This document shows, in pieces, positions 29,688 through 40,240 of a stretch of 64,000 bases of DNA. The stretch is taken from NCBI GenBank assembly GCA_934162285.1, contig CAKPHY010000001.1, positions 6,510-70,509 of the forward strand, read 5' to 3'. The notes beneath the pieces were generated by a model, which was not told the origin of the DNA, did not search any database, and saw nothing but the letters and a program-made list of their open reading frames with translations. The stretch's first letter is position 1. Each line of letters starts with the position of its first letter. A program made the position numbers and the translations under genes. Source of the stretch: an uncultured Bacilli bacterium. Lineage in GTDB: Bacteria > Bacillota_I > Bacilli_A > RF39 > UBA660.

Positions 29688-30093
29688 CTTTCTTTACAAA
29701 TTTACATCTAATTGGTAATTTATGCATTGCTAAACGTAATGCTTCACGAGCTGTTGCTTCGTCAACTTCACCAATTTCAAACATAATTTTATTTTTCTTA
29801 ACAACTGCAACCCATACTTCTGGTTGACCTTTACCTTTACCCATACGAGTTTCTAAAGGAATTTTAGTTAATGATAAGTGTGGGAAAATATTTATCCAAA
29901 CTTTTCCACCACGTTTCATATAACGAGTCATAGCAACACGAGCTGCTTCAATTTGTTGTTGTGTAATCCATGCACCTTCTAAGGCCATAAGACCATATTC
30001 ACCAAAGTGTAATTCTGTATTACCTTTAGCTACACCGTCATATCTTAAACGATGAGGACGACGGTACTTAGTTCTTTTTGGTATTACTGCCAT
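29668..30093 (-). CDS. rplP: 50S ribosomal protein L16
   Basis: [15 protein letters not shown]... Confidence 0.95.
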   Translation of the reverse strand: MAVIPKRTKYRRPHRLRYDGVAKGNTELHFGEYGLMALEGAWITQQQIEAARVAMTRYMKRGGKVWINIFPHLSLTKIPLETRMGKGKGQPEVWVAVVKKNKIMFEIGEVDEATAREALRLAMHKLPIRCKFVKKDGEAHE

Positions 30094-30745
30094 GTTCTTT
30101 TCCCCCTTCGTTTTTCTTAGCTAAGATTTCGCCTTTATAGATCCAAACCTTAACACCGATTTTTCCATATGTTGTATCTGCTTCTACATGAGCATAATCA
30201 ACATCAGCTCTTAAAGTATGAAGTGGAATATTTCCTTCAGTATAACCTTCAGTTCTTGCCATATCAGCTCCGCCTAAACGTCCTGAAACAGCAGTTTTAA
30301 TTCCTTTTGCTCCAGCCTTCATAGTATTACGAATTGCTCTTTTTTGAGAAACTCTGAATGAAACTCTGTTTTCAATTTGATGAGCAATTCCTTCAGCAAC
30401 TAGTCTTGCATTTAAATCTGGATTCTTAACTTCCATAATAGAAATTGAAATATCTTCTTTAACTAGTTTTGATAATTCTTTTTTGATCTTTTCGATTTCT
30501 TCACCACTGTGTCCGATTACTACACCTGGCTTAGCAGTATTAATAATTACTTCTGTTTTTCCGTTACTTCTTTCAATAACGATACTTGCAACAGCAGCAT
30601 CTTTTAATTTTGCGTATAAAAACTTACGGATCTTAACATCGTTTTCTAGGAATTTTGCAAAATCTTTATTTCCTGCATACCACTTTGATTCCCAAGTCTT
30701 ATTAATTCCCATTCTAAGTCCTATTGGACTAACTTTTTGACCCAC
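30068..30745 (-). CDS. rpsC: 30S ribosomal protein S3
   Basis: KH domain; sequence match. Confidence 0.95.
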   Translation of the reverse strand: MGQKVSPIGLRMGINKTWESKWYAGNKDFAKFLENDVKIRKFLYAKLKDAAVASIVIERSNGKTEVIINTAKPGVVIGHSGEEIEKIKKELSKLVKEDISISIMEVKNPDLNARLVAEGIAHQIENRVSFRVSQKRAIRNTMKAGAKGIKTAVSGRLGGADMARTEGYTEGNIPLHTLRADVDYAHVEADTTYGKIGVKVWIYKGEILAKKNEGGKEHGSNTKKN

Positions 30746-30762
30746 GAGTTTACCTCCTTTAT

Positions 30763-31098
30763 CTAATTTCTATCACTAACAACGATTGTTATGTGACTTG
30801 TTCTTTTCTTAATTGGTTCAACGTGTCCACGTGATCCAAATCTCATTCTTTTTAAGGTTCTACCTTCATTTATGAAGGCTTCTTTTACATATAAATTATC
30901 TTTATTTAATCCTAAATTATTTTCAGCATTAGCTGTAGCAGAAATTAATACTTTACGAATTAATCTAGCTGATTCTTTATTTAAATTTTTAAGAATAATG
31001 TCAGCTTCTTTTACTGATTTTCCTCTGATTAAATCGATAACTAAGCGTGCTTTACGAGGTACAGTTCTTACCTCTTTTGCAGTAGCTCTAGCTTCCAT
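30763..31098 (-). CDS. rplV: 50S ribosomal protein L22
   Basis: sequence match and position. Confidence 0.95.
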   Translation of the reverse strand: MEARATAKEVRTVPRKARLVIDLIRGKSVKEADIILKNLNKESARLIRKVLISATANAENNLGLNKDNLYVKEAFINEGRTLKRMRFGSRGHVEPIKKRTSHITIVVSDRN

Positions 31099-31117
31099 TT
31101 CTGAAACCTCCTATCTT

Positions 31118-31390
31118 CTATTTACTTTCTTTATCGGTTCCGTGTCCACCAAACTTACGAGTAAGTGCAAATTCACCTAATTTGTGGCCTACCATATCTT
31201 CTGTTACATAAACTGGAATAAATTCTTTTCCATTATGAACTGCAAATGTATGACCAATGAAATCAGGGAATATAGTAGAACGACGTGACCATGTTTTAAT
31301 AACTTCTTTTTTACCACTTTCATTTAAAGCTTTAACTTTTTTCATTAAAGATTCATCTGCAAATGGTCCTTTTTTTAAACTTCTAGCCAT
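31118..31390 (-). CDS. rpsS: 30S ribosomal protein S19
   Basis: sequence match and position. Confidence 0.95.
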   Translation of the reverse strand: MARSLKKGPFADESLMKKVKALNESGKKEVIKTWSRRSTIFPDFIGHTFAVHNGKEFIPVYVTEDMVGHKLGEFALTRKFGGHGTDKESK

Positions 31391-31406
31391 TTATATCATC
31401 CTTTCA

Positions 31407-32237
31407 CTATTTTTTACGACGACGTACTATTAACTTATTAGAAGCTTTTTTATTCTTACGTGTCTTGTAACCAAGTGCTGGCTTACCCCATGGAGTAACA
31501 GGTCCTTTACGTCCGATTGGTGCACGACCTTCACCACCACCGTGTGGGTGATCGTTAGGGTTCATAACAGAACCACGAACAGTTGGTTTAATACCCATGT
31601 GACGTTTGCGTCCAGCTTTTCCAATGTTTACTAGTTCGTGATCTAAGTTTCCTACTACACCAATAGTAGCACGACAAATTCCTAATACTTTACGAACTTC
31701 GCCACTATTTAAACGGATAAGTACATACTTTCCTTCACTACCTAATATTTGAACACTTGAACCAGCTGATCTTGCAAGTTGTCCACCTTTTCCAGGTTTT
31801 AATTCAACATTATGTACTAATGTACCTTCTGGAATTTTATTTAATGGTAAATTGTTACCTACTTTAATATCAGCATTTTCGCCGCTTTCGATTTTATCTC
31901 CAACTTTAATTCCGTTTGGAGCTAATATGTATCTTTTTTCGCCATCGGCATATGTAATTAAGGCAATGTTTGCTGTTCTGTTTGGATCATATTCGATAGA
32001 ACTTACAGTTCCAACAATGCCATCTTTTAAACGTTTGAAATCAATTAAACGGTATTTTCTTTTTGCGCCACCACCACGGTGTCTTAAAGTAATTTTACCT
32101 TGATTATTACGTCCGCCATTTTTCTTTAATGTAATAACTAATGATTTTTCAGGAGTGGCCTTTGTAAGAACATCATTGATTAATGTTGACATGCCACGTT
32201 GACCGTTAGTCATTGACTTATAATTTTTTACTGGCAT
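31407..32237 (-). CDS. rplB: 50S ribosomal protein L2
   Basis: sequence match and position. Confidence 0.95.
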   Translation of the reverse strand: MPVKNYKSMTNGQRGMSTLINDVLTKATPEKSLVITLKKNGGRNNQGKITLRHRGGGAKRKYRLIDFKRLKDGIVGTVSSIEYDPNRTANIALITYADGEKRYILAPNGIKVGDKIESGENADIKVGNNLPLNKIPEGTLVHNVELKPGKGGQLARSAGSSVQILGSEGKYVLIRLNSGEVRKVLGICRATIGVVGNLDHELVNIGKAGRKRHMGIKPTVRGSVMNPNDHPHGGGEGRAPIGRKGPVTPWGKPALGYKTRKNKKASNKLIVRRRKK

Positions 32238-32255
32238 ACTTTTCCTCCTTCAAGA

Positions 32256-32537
32256 TTAGTTAAGTTCGATTGAACTTCCTTCTTTTAACTTAACAATTGC
32301 TTTTTTAACTTTGTTAGTTTTTCCAGTATAACGACCAACTCTTCTATCTTTTGGTCTTACTGTTACAGTGTTAACACTTGCAACTTTTACTTTGAATACT
32401 TCTTCAATTGCTTGTTTAATTTGTATTTTATTAGCTTTAACATCTACACTAAATGTATATGTGTTAGCATTTTGTGCTAAATCTGAACTTTTTTCAGTTA
32501 TGATTTTGCCTTTAATAATATCGCGTGCGTTACTCAT
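32256..32537 (-). CDS. rplW: 50S ribosomal protein L23
   Basis: sequence match and position. Confidence 0.95.
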   Translation of the reverse strand: MSNARDIIKGKIITEKSSDLAQNANTYTFSVDVKANKIQIKQAIEEVFKVKVASVNTVTVRPKDRRVGRYTGKTNKVKKAIVKLKEGSSIELN

Positions 32538-33160
32538 TATTTTAAAGCCTCCTCAATATTTTTAAGAGCAGTTTCAGTTATGATTAATTTATCAGCACTT
32601 ACTACATCTAAAGTATTGATTTCATTAGCTTCTAATAAAATAACATTATTTAAATTACGAGTTGCTAAGATTAAGTTATCATTTAATTCATCAACAACAA
32701 TTAAAGTTTTCTTAGTTGCTCCTAATGTATTTAATAAATTCTTAACTTCTTTTGTTTTATTACTTTCTAAAGCAAAATTATCAACAACGATTAATTCGCT
32801 TCCTAATACTTTATATGAAAGAGCTGATTTTAATGCTAAACGTCTTTCTTTCTTATTCATTTTAACTTTGTATGAACGTGGATGTGGTCCGAATACAATT
32901 CCACCACCTGGCCAGTTAGGAGATCTACGACTTCCTTGACGAGCACGTCCAGTACCTTTTTGACGCCATGGTTTTGCGCCACCACCACTCACTTCGCTGC
33001 GAGTTTTAGTGCTAGCAGTTCCTTGACGTAAAGATGCTTGTGATAAAACGATGGCATCATATAATACAGCATCATTTGGTTCAATTGCCCAAATTTCTGT
33101 ATTTAATGTTACATCTTTAACTTTATCACCTTTAGTATTTAATACAGATACTTTACTCAT
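32537..33160 (-). CDS. rplD: 50S ribosomal protein L4
   Basis: sequence match and position. Confidence 0.95.
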   Translation of the reverse strand: MSKVSVLNTKGDKVKDVTLNTEIWAIEPNDAVLYDAIVLSQASLRQGTASTKTRSEVSGGGAKPWRQKGTGRARQGSRRSPNWPGGGIVFGPHPRSYKVKMNKKERRLALKSALSYKVLGSELIVVDNFALESNKTKEVKNLLNTLGATKKTLIVVDELNDNLILATRNLNNVILLEANEINTLDVVSADKLIITETALKNIEEALK

Positions 33161-33172
33161 TTATTTGCCCTC

Positions 33173-33925
33173 CTACTCGTTTACACTTTCTGAAGTTTCG
33201 TTTTCTACTGCTTCTGCAGCTTCTTCTTTAACTTCTTCTACAGCATCAACAACAGTTTCATAGCAAACCAATTCTTCTGCTTCATTAACTTTTCCTGGAG
33301 TTTTTGTAGATGTTTTAATAAATACTAATGATTGTTTAGCACCTGGAATATTTCCTTTTACTAAAATTACATTTTCTTTAGCATCTACAGCAACTATTTC
33401 TAAGTTTTGAATTGTTACTGTTAATTGACCCATATGGCCTGGTAATTTTTTACCTGGTATAACTCTCATTGGTCTCATTGTTCCTAATGAACCTGGTCTT
33501 CTATGATAATGTGAACCATGTCCCATAGGTCCTCTTGATTGACCATGACGTTTAATAACGCCTTGGAACCCTTTACCTTTAGTAGTTCCTGTTACATCAA
33601 CAACTTCACCTTCAGTAAAGATATCAACTTTGATTTCTTGACCAAGTGTATAGTTATTTACGTCTACACCTTTGATTTCTTTAAAGAAGCGCTTAGGTGT
33701 TGTGTTTGCTTTATTAGTGTGACCTAATGAAGCTTTTGTTGCTAACTTTTCGCGTTTAGTATCAAAACCTAATTGAATAGCTTCATAACCATCGTTTTCT
33801 TTTGTCTTAATTTGTGTTACCACATTTGGTTCAACTGAAACAACTGTTACTGGTATCAATTTTCCTGATTTTGTAAACACTTGAGTCATTCCGATCTTAC
33901 GACCTAAGATTCCTTTCATTTCCAT
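33173..33925 (-). CDS. rplC: 50S ribosomal protein L3 with a ~40-aa acidic C-terminal extension
   Basis: [15 protein letters not shown]... core; extra tail ...[36 protein letters not shown]. Confidence 0.93.
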   Translation of the reverse strand: MEMKGILGRKIGMTQVFTKSGKLIPVTVVSVEPNVVTQIKTKENDGYEAIQLGFDTKREKLATKASLGHTNKANTTPKRFFKEIKGVDVNNYTLGQEIKVDIFTEGEVVDVTGTTKGKGFQGVIKRHGQSRGPMGHGSHYHRRPGSLGTMRPMRVIPGKKLPGHMGQLTVTIQNLEIVAVDAKENVILVKGNIPGAKQSLVFIKTSTKTPGKVNEAEELVCYETVVDAVEEVKEEAAEAVENETSESVNE

Positions 33926-33933
33926 ATTTCCTC

Positions 33934-34242
33934 CTATAATTTGATTTGAATATCAACACCGCTTGGAATATCTAAGTGTGCTAAAGCATCTACAGTTTCC
34001 TTGCTTGGGTTAATGATATCAATTAATCTCTTGTGTGTTCTTTTTTCAAATTGTTCACGTGAATCTTTATATTTGTGAACAGCTCTCAAAATAGTGATTT
34101 TTTCGATTTCAGTTGGTAGTGGAATTGGTCCTACTACTTCGCCTCCAGTTCTTTTCACTGTTTCGATAATTTTGCCACAAGCTGTGTCTAATGTCTTGTG
34201 TTCAAATGCTTTTAATCTGATTCGAACTTTAGTTTTTGACAT
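33934..34242 (-). CDS. rpsJ: 30S ribosomal protein S10
   Basis: [19 protein letters not shown]... The ATG at 34242 is preceded by GGGAGGA; the ORF track starts 24 codons upstream in the leader. Confidence 0.93.
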   Translation of the reverse strand: MSKTKVRIRLKAFEHKTLDTACGKIIETVKRTGGEVVGPIPLPTEIEKITILRAVHKYKDSREQFEKRTHKRLIDIINPSKETVDALAHLDIPSGVDIQIKL

Positions 34243-34382
34243 ATTATCCTCCCTTCGCCTATATCTAGTATAGACTCGCTCCGTACGAAAACCTAATATA
34301 TCCGGTTTTATCAACTAATAAATAAACAACTTAACCGGGTGTATCAGCAACCTCGCACATCCTCGCGTGCCACACGACTAAG

Positions 34383-34411
34383 ATTATACACAATTAACAT
34401 ATTATTTGCAA
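34383..34411 (-). promoter_or_regulatory. consensus sigma-A promoter of the S10 operon (-35 TTGCAA, 17-nt spacer, -10 TATAAT)
   Basis: Minus-strand sequence TTGCAAataatatgttaattgtgTATAAT, about 140 nt upstream of the rpsJ ATG. Confidence 0.7.
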
Positions 34412-34466
34412 GCATTTTTTACTTTTTTTTACAAAAATTTTTTTTAATTTTAAAATATGAAAAAAA

Positions 34467-34489
34467 GAAAGCAATTTTTTTATGCTTTC
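34467..34489 (-). terminator. rho-independent terminator of the acyl-CoA synthetase gene
   Basis: GAAAGCA-attttttta-TGCTTTC hairpin followed on the minus strand by TTTTTTT. Confidence 0.75.
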
Positions 34490-34502
34490 CTTATTATATA
34501 TA

Positions 34503-36230
34503 TTATTTATTATTTTCTTTTTCAAGTTCTTTATATGCTACTTTACCAACCAATGTTCGTGGTAAACTATCACGATATTCAAAATAATATGGCATCGTGT
34601 ATTTAGCAAGATTTCTTTGACAATGTTCTTCAATATCTTTTTTTAATTCATTGGTTAAAGTTATTCCTTCATTTAATACTATATAAGCTTTAGCTACTTG
34701 AACTTTGTGAGGATGACTTACACCAATTACTGTTGATGTTAAAACCGCAGGATGTTCATTTATTACTTTTTCAACATGACTTGGGTATATATTATAACCA
34801 GACGATATTATCACTCTTTTTAATCTTTGTTTAAAATAAACAAAACCATCTTCATCCATAGAACCAATATCTCCAGTATGAAGCCAAACGTGACCATCTT
34901 CATGAGTTCTTAAAGTCTGCATTGTTTCTTCTAAATTATTTAAATATCCAACCATTACTGAAGGCCCTGATATACATATTTCACCATCAGTATTAGTTGG
35001 TGCTTCATCATGAGTTCCGTTAATTACTATTTTAAAATATGTATCTGGGAAAGGAATACCAATACTTCCTTTACGATAATAATTATCTGGTGTTAAACAT
35101 GTTGCCCCAGCACTTTCTGTTAAACCATAGCCTTCTCTAACAATAGCAGTACTACCATGTTCATTTAAAAATTTATCAACTCTTTCTTTTAAGGTTGGAT
35201 CTAATGAATCACCACCACAAATAGCATTAGTAACTGTCGCTAACTCATTAGGACCAAAGTCGCCTCTTGTTAGGGAATCAAATAAAGTTGGTACACCAGC
35301 TATAAAATTAGGATGATATTTACGAATTAGATTTACAAATTTCTTAGAAGAAAATTCTGGTATTAATATGCATTTCATTCCTCCTACTAGTGGTGTATGA
35401 ATACATACACTTAACCCAAAGCCATGAAAAATAGGCATTATAGCTAGAATAGATTCACCTGGCTTAGCATGGCACATAGCAAGAGCTTGAACCGCTACAG
35501 CATTAAAATTTTTATTTGACAACATTATTCCTTTAGGGGTTCCAGTTGTACCACCACTATAAAGGATAGCAGCAATACTATCTGGGGTTTTGTGACATTT
35601 ATAAGTTCCCGTGTATTTTTTCCCAGCTTCAATAAATTTACGCCAACTAATAATATTATCTCTTTCAATTTTAACATTTATTTTGCGACCTTTGGTAAGC
35701 CAATAAAAGAAAGTCATTGATCTACCAAAATCATTGGCTGCTGAGACAACCACTACTTTTTCTAAATGAGTATTATCAATTATTTCCATTACTTTATTAT
35801 AAGCAATATCAATAGTAATTAAAAAGTTACTATCTGAAATATTTAAATAAAATTCAATTTCTTTTTCAGCTGATAGTGGATGAATCATATTAGCTGTTGC
35901 TCCGATCATATTAACAGCATAGAAGGCCATTAATCCTTGAGGAGTATTGGGCATACAAATAGTAACACGATCGTTTTCTTTAACACCTTGCATTTTTAAA
36001 GCTTTTGCAACTTCAATAATGCGTTCATAAAATTCTTTAAAAGTGACACTCATGCCATAATATTCATAAGCAATATTATTAGGATATTTATTAACTGTAT
36101 TTTCTAAAAATTCAACGATTGTTCCTTGAGGATATACTAAATTAGGTTTTACGTCACCATAAAATTTTTTCCATGGATTATTTAATGATTCAGTACTATT
36201 TTCTCTTCTTTTCTTGAATAATCTTTTCAC
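34503..36230 (-). CDS. AMP-dependent synthetase/ligase (acyl-CoA or fatty-acid-CoA ligase family)
   Basis: AMP-binding box YSGGTTGTPKG; 575 aa. Confidence 0.85.
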   Translation of the reverse strand: MKRLFKKRRENSTESLNNPWKKFYGDVKPNLVYPQGTIVEFLENTVNKYPNNIAYEYYGMSVTFKEFYERIIEVAKALKMQGVKENDRVTICMPNTPQGLMAFYAVNMIGATANMIHPLSAEKEIEFYLNISDSNFLITIDIAYNKVMEIIDNTHLEKVVVVSAANDFGRSMTFFYWLTKGRKINVKIERDNIISWRKFIEAGKKYTGTYKCHKTPDSIAAILYSGGTTGTPKGIMLSNKNFNAVAVQALAMCHAKPGESILAIMPIFHGFGLSVCIHTPLVGGMKCILIPEFSSKKFVNLIRKYHPNFIAGVPTLFDSLTRGDFGPNELATVTNAICGGDSLDPTLKERVDKFLNEHGSTAIVREGYGLTESAGATCLTPDNYYRKGSIGIPFPDTYFKIVINGTHDEAPTNTDGEICISGPSVMVGYLNNLEETMQTLRTHEDGHVWLHTGDIGSMDEDGFVYFKQRLKRVIISSGYNIYPSHVEKVINEHPAVLTSTVIGVSHPHKVQVAKAYIVLNEGITLTNELKKDIEEHCQRNLAKYTMPYYFEYRDSLPRTLVGKVAYKELEKENNK

Positions 36231-37074
36231 TTATTTTTTCCTCCAACATTTCGGGATGTTCTAATATATATTCAAACATTTTAAATGATTTTACGAAGTA
36301 AAAACCATCGCCAATTCTTTCATCTAAGTTTATGCCAAAATCACAAAAATCATGTATTTCAATTTCGCCTTTTTCATTAACATATGGTTCTTTTTTGATT
36401 TCACCTATTGTTATTAAAAGAGAGGTTGTACCAATATCTGGAAGATTATGATAAATAGCTCCACCTTCAATACTTCCTAAATTAGAAATAAGTGCACTAC
36501 TATAATAGATTAGATTTTCTGTTAAACTACTAGGTAGAAGATCGTGGCGATCCATAAATTTTACAATACCGGCAACTATATTAAATAACCATTTAGGTAA
36601 TTTAGCTAAAAAAGTAATTGCTCCATCGGTTGTATTATCTTTTTTATTTCTTAAATTTGATACATATTTATTAATTTTTTTATGAATTGTATTTATATTG
36701 TCATCATCTTCAACTTTTAAAACAACCATATTTTCTTTTGATTCATCAGTAAATTCTACTTTAGCAACAAAAGCAAGACGAATATCTTTATGATCATAAT
36801 AATTATTGTTTATTACAAAACGATTTAATAAAGGACGATTATATATGGTTTTAGCAAATGCTGTTAAAAAAGCATGAAAATAAGTAAATCTTTCATCAGG
36901 ATTTTCATTTTTCTTTTTTTCCATATATTTTACTAAATTAGTAACATCTATTTTTTGATTTATAAAGACATCAGCATCGCAACGCAGAGGTTTTATTCGC
37001 AGTAAAAATTTTTGAAAAGCTCCTGCATCTCTAACTTTATAGCCATCTCTTCTATCACCAAATCTTTTTTTCAT
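36196..37074 (-). CDS. stand-alone 2-oxoacid-dehydrogenase-E2/CAT-fold acyltransferase domain protein, catalytic His apparently replaced by Glu
   Basis: Domain-length match to the E2 catalytic fold; motif INLDERIGDG where E2 and CAT enzymes have DHRxxDG; no lipoyl domain; overlaps the downstream ligase by 35 nt. Confidence 0.45.
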   Translation of the reverse strand: MKKRFGDRRDGYKVRDAGAFQKFLLRIKPLRCDADVFINQKIDVTNLVKYMEKKKNENPDERFTYFHAFLTAFAKTIYNRPLLNRFVINNNYYDHKDIRLAFVAKVEFTDESKENMVVLKVEDDDNINTIHKKINKYVSNLRNKKDNTTDGAITFLAKLPKWLFNIVAGIVKFMDRHDLLPSSLTENLIYYSSALISNLGSIEGGAIYHNLPDIGTTSLLITIGEIKKEPYVNEKGEIEIHDFCDFGINLDERIGDGFYFVKSFKMFEYILEHPEMLEEKISEKIIQEKKRK

Positions 37075-37176
37075 ATTAATTCCTCCACTATAATTTCACT
37101 ATTTTTGATTATAGCATAAATAGACTTTTTTTGTAAAATTAATCGACATCATGTATGAAAAAAAGCACTAATGTGC

Positions 37177-38937
37177 TTAATTTATAGTTTTACCATTTAC
37201 ATATATTTTATATCCATTAAAATCAATATTGGAATTACTTGAATCTTCATTATTAAAACTTGTTAAATAGGTATCACCTAAAAGTTTTATTTTTGATGTT
37301 TTATCTAGAGTTAGTTCTAAACTTTTAGCTGTATTACTACCATTGATAATTCCTTCAAAAGTAGAGTTGTTTTTTAAAGATATGTTTAAAGTAGAAATTT
37401 TATCAACAACGATATTTCCTTTAATTTTTTGATTAGTAGCATTTAATATTACATCCCCACCATTAGAATTATTGTTTCCCCAAGAATCACTTTGAATTCT
37501 TAAAAAGTTACCTGAAGTATCATTATTTATGATAGTGTTATTTTCTAGTGTTATTGTTGATGATGTATTGGTTACATAAAAAGTGTCACCTTTATTAGTG
37601 GTAATAGTGCTATCTTTAGCTGTAAATTCTGAATTCCCGGTAGCAGCGTCTCCACTCATTGATTGATATAAAAAGATATTTTTATAGGTTGTTGATTTTC
37701 CATTCAATGTTGTATTAGTATCTTCAAGAGTACAAGAATTTAATGTTACTTTATTTTTTCCTTCAATTACAACGCCTTCAGAAGCTGTCGCAATTAAATT
37801 TGCATTGGTTACTGTTATATCAGCGGTTGAATAAATAGTTGGGGATCCTTTACCTGTAGTTTTATATGTGCCTTCATTAACAGTTACTGTTCCACCACCA
37901 CGATCACTTCTTATAGCAGCACTTGATGTACCTGCAGTTGCTATTTCTAAATTGGTAGCTTCCATTATTCCTCCACCCGTAGTCATAATGCCACCAGAGT
38001 TATCTTTAGTAGTAGTTATTTTAGAATTTTTAATAATTACTTTAGTTCCATCACTACTACTATTATTTGTTGTTGCTGAACCACCATAACTAAATACACC
38101 ATTAGCACCGGTTGCACTTGTTTCGATAGTAACATTTTCCAAAGTTAATGTTGCTTTATCTTTAGCTAAAACTGCTGAATTAGTTCCATAAAAACTGGTA
38201 TTATCACCACCATCTGAATCTCCTGTTTTAGAAACAGTGATATTAGATATGTTAGCATCTGCTGTTACTAAAATAGCATTTTCTAAAGCTGAAGAAGATG
38301 TATAATTACCACTTGTAATAGTTGTTTCTTCTTTTATTTCAGTATTTGCTGTATAGTTAGTATTGGTTTGATTATTAGGATTATTTGAATTATTTGGATT
38401 ATTACTTTTACTATTCATTGCTAATAGTGAACTTCCATATGTTAAAATAATCGTCAAGATAATTATCGATAATCCATATATTGTTTTTTTATCATTACTA
38501 GAAAATGTTTCTAAAGCTGTTTTAGAATTAAAATTTGACATTATTAAATACATTATTGTTGCTGATAAAATTAAACTTTCAATACCAAATAATACATAAT
38601 AAGTTATATCTAAAGAAGTTGATTGATTTGGCATTTGTTGTTTTTCATTACTAGATTCACTAGGTTTATTATTGGCTTCAGTATTATCACCAGCTGGCTT
38701 CTCTGGTGGATTTGAACCATTGCCTGAATCTGGCATTTCTGGTGGTTGATTATCATTTGACATTTCCGGTGATTGATTATCGCCACTTCCAGAATTTGGC
38801 ATTTCTGGTCTTTCACCACCCATTTCAGGCATACTATTTTTATTATTAGTTTGAGCTAAATTAACTGTTAAAACCAATGAAGCAATCATTAATATTATAA
38901 GAATTATACTTACAATATTTTTTGTTTTTTTATGCAT
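37177..38937 (-). CDS. surface or membrane protein with a Pro/Glu/Met-rich repeat linker and a T/S/N-rich beta-helix-like (Cthe_2159-like?) domain
   Basis: N-terminal TM, PEM/PPEMP repeats, second TM, then about 400 aa of T/N/G/S-rich repeats of the form ..TI.N..I... Confidence 0.45.
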   Translation of the reverse strand: MHKKTKNIVSIILIILMIASLVLTVNLAQTNNKNSMPEMGGERPEMPNSGSGDNQSPEMSNDNQPPEMPDSGNGSNPPEKPAGDNTEANNKPSESSNEKQQMPNQSTSLDITYYVLFGIESLILSATIMYLIMSNFNSKTALETFSSNDKKTIYGLSIIILTIILTYGSSLLAMNSKSNNPNNSNNPNNQTNTNYTANTEIKEETTITSGNYTSSSALENAILVTADANISNITVSKTGDSDGGDNTSFYGTNSAVLAKDKATLTLENVTIETSATGANGVFSYGGSATTNNSSSDGTKVIIKNSKITTTKDNSGGIMTTGGGIMEATNLEIATAGTSSAAIRSDRGGGTVTVNEGTYKTTGKGSPTIYSTADITVTNANLIATASEGVVIEGKNKVTLNSCTLEDTNTTLNGKSTTYKNIFLYQSMSGDAATGNSEFTAKDSTITTNKGDTFYVTNTSSTITLENNTIINNDTSGNFLRIQSDSWGNNNSNGGDVILNATNQKIKGNIVVDKISTLNISLKNNSTFEGIINGSNTAKSLELTLDKTSKIKLLGDTYLTSFNNEDSSNSNIDFNGYKIYVNGKTIN

Positions 38938-38946
38938 TTTTCCTCC

Positions 38947-40173
38947 TTATTTATAGTAATTTATTTGTTTATCTATTTTTAAATCATTTTGTTGATTAAT
39001 TTCTAATATTTCACCAATATCTAAAACATTTTCAATAATACCATAAAGGTCATTATAATTAGGGTTTTGATATAATGAATAATTAGTGTCATTAAAGTTC
39101 ATGCTGATAATTATTGTTTTAAAACTTTTGGGAGCATTAAAGCTAATTTGATCGTTTTCACTTTTTAAAGTTATAAGTGTATCTTTAGGAATGATTGAGT
39201 TTAAACTAAAAGCTAAAGTATTGGCTTTAGAAGTAGATTCTAGTAATTCAATCATATCTGTTCCTAGAGCAATTACTACACCACCATTTATAGTGTAACC
39301 ATCATCTGTATCAATTCCTGAATCACCGTCTTTATCACTTCCTATTACAAATATTTCGCCACCATTTATTACAAGATCTTGATTAGAATCTATACCATCA
39401 CCATTAGCATTGATGTAAAATTTACCACCATTTATAGTAATGGTTGCTCCATCTCCTCCGGCATTAATGCCATCATCGTTAGATGTTATTTGATATATTC
39501 CATCATTAAAGGTAATTGTTTGTGTTTCAGTAGCAATGCCTTCACCTTCATTTTGATTACCATTTACAATTAAGGTACCACTACCATTAAATTCTAATGG
39601 AGCATTACTGAAAATACAGCCATCGTATTCGGAATTACCACCATCACTTAATTTATTAATTGATTGATCAGCTAAAGTTATTGTTATCTTTTTAGCATTT
39701 AAACCAATAATAGTAGCTGTTTTAGAATTATTTATTTCAACATTATCTAAAATTAATTCTACTTCATCTTCGGTGTCGATTATTACCGAATTACTAAATG
39801 TGCCACTTAAAGTATAACTTCCTCCTTCGGTTATTGTGATGTCACTTTTTTCTTCACCTAAATTAACATTTTTATATGCAATAATATTGCTCTTATCTAA
39901 AATTACTTTATCTTTAGAAGTTTGATCTTTTATATTATTCTGAGTAGGAATTGTTAAAGCTAAAGCAATTGCTACTAAGAAAGCTTCTAAAATAAAGATA
40001 ATTATTTTATCTTTATTTTTAGTAAAATTTTTATTCATTATAACATTTACTAAAAATGATAAAGATAGTGATAATATTAATATTAATAGTAATAATAATC
40101 TAGAACTCTTATCTATTAATATTATTCCAATTAAGGATAAAACTAATATTATTGAAACTATAATATTTTTCAT
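38947..40173 (-). CDS. membrane-anchored beta-helix-like protein (paralogous type to 37177..38937)
   Basis: Two N-terminal TM segments; repeats GDGIDSNQDLVINGGEIFVIGSDKDGDSGIDTDDGYTINGG typical of a parallel beta-helix. Confidence 0.45.
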   Translation of the reverse strand: MKNIIVSIILVLSLIGIILIDKSSRLLLLLILILSLSLSFLVNVIMNKNFTKNKDKIIIFILEAFLVAIALALTIPTQNNIKDQTSKDKVILDKSNIIAYKNVNLGEEKSDITITEGGSYTLSGTFSNSVIIDTEDEVELILDNVEINNSKTATIIGLNAKKITITLADQSINKLSDGGNSEYDGCIFSNAPLEFNGSGTLIVNGNQNEGEGIATETQTITFNDGIYQITSNDDGINAGGDGATITINGGKFYINANGDGIDSNQDLVINGGEIFVIGSDKDGDSGIDTDDGYTINGGVVIALGTDMIELLESTSKANTLAFSLNSIIPKDTLITLKSENDQISFNAPKSFKTIIISMNFNDTNYSLYQNPNYNDLYGIIENVLDIGEILEINQQNDLKIDKQINYYK

Positions 40174-40240
40174 TCTTTCTCCTTTCTGTTTTCATTTTAA
40201 TATTCTAATATTAAATAAACATTAAAAAATAAAAAAAGTT

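Noticed and set aside
25485-33727. Numerous 60-120-aa plus-strand ORFs across the ribosomal protein cluster
   Set aside because: All lie antisense to conserved r-protein genes; typical shadow ORFs.
34315-34400. GC-rich segment upstream of rpsJ considered as a tRNA or small RNA gene
   Set aside because: No cloverleaf, no conserved T-loop/GTTC or anticodon stem; it lies between the S10 promoter and the start codon, so it is interpreted as an mRNA leader.
37868-38819. Small ORFs within the beta-helix protein gene (37868..38089 plus strand, 38610..38819 minus strand)
   Set aside because: Created by the repetitive, low-complexity composition; nested in the 586-aa ORF.
38640-38830. PEM/PPEMP nucleotide repeats considered as a CRISPR-like or phase-variation tract
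   Set aside because: The repeats are in-frame, coding and imperfect (Pro/Glu/Met-rich linker), with no spacer/repeat regularity; not a CRISPR array. Slipped-strand variation remains possible but is unproven.
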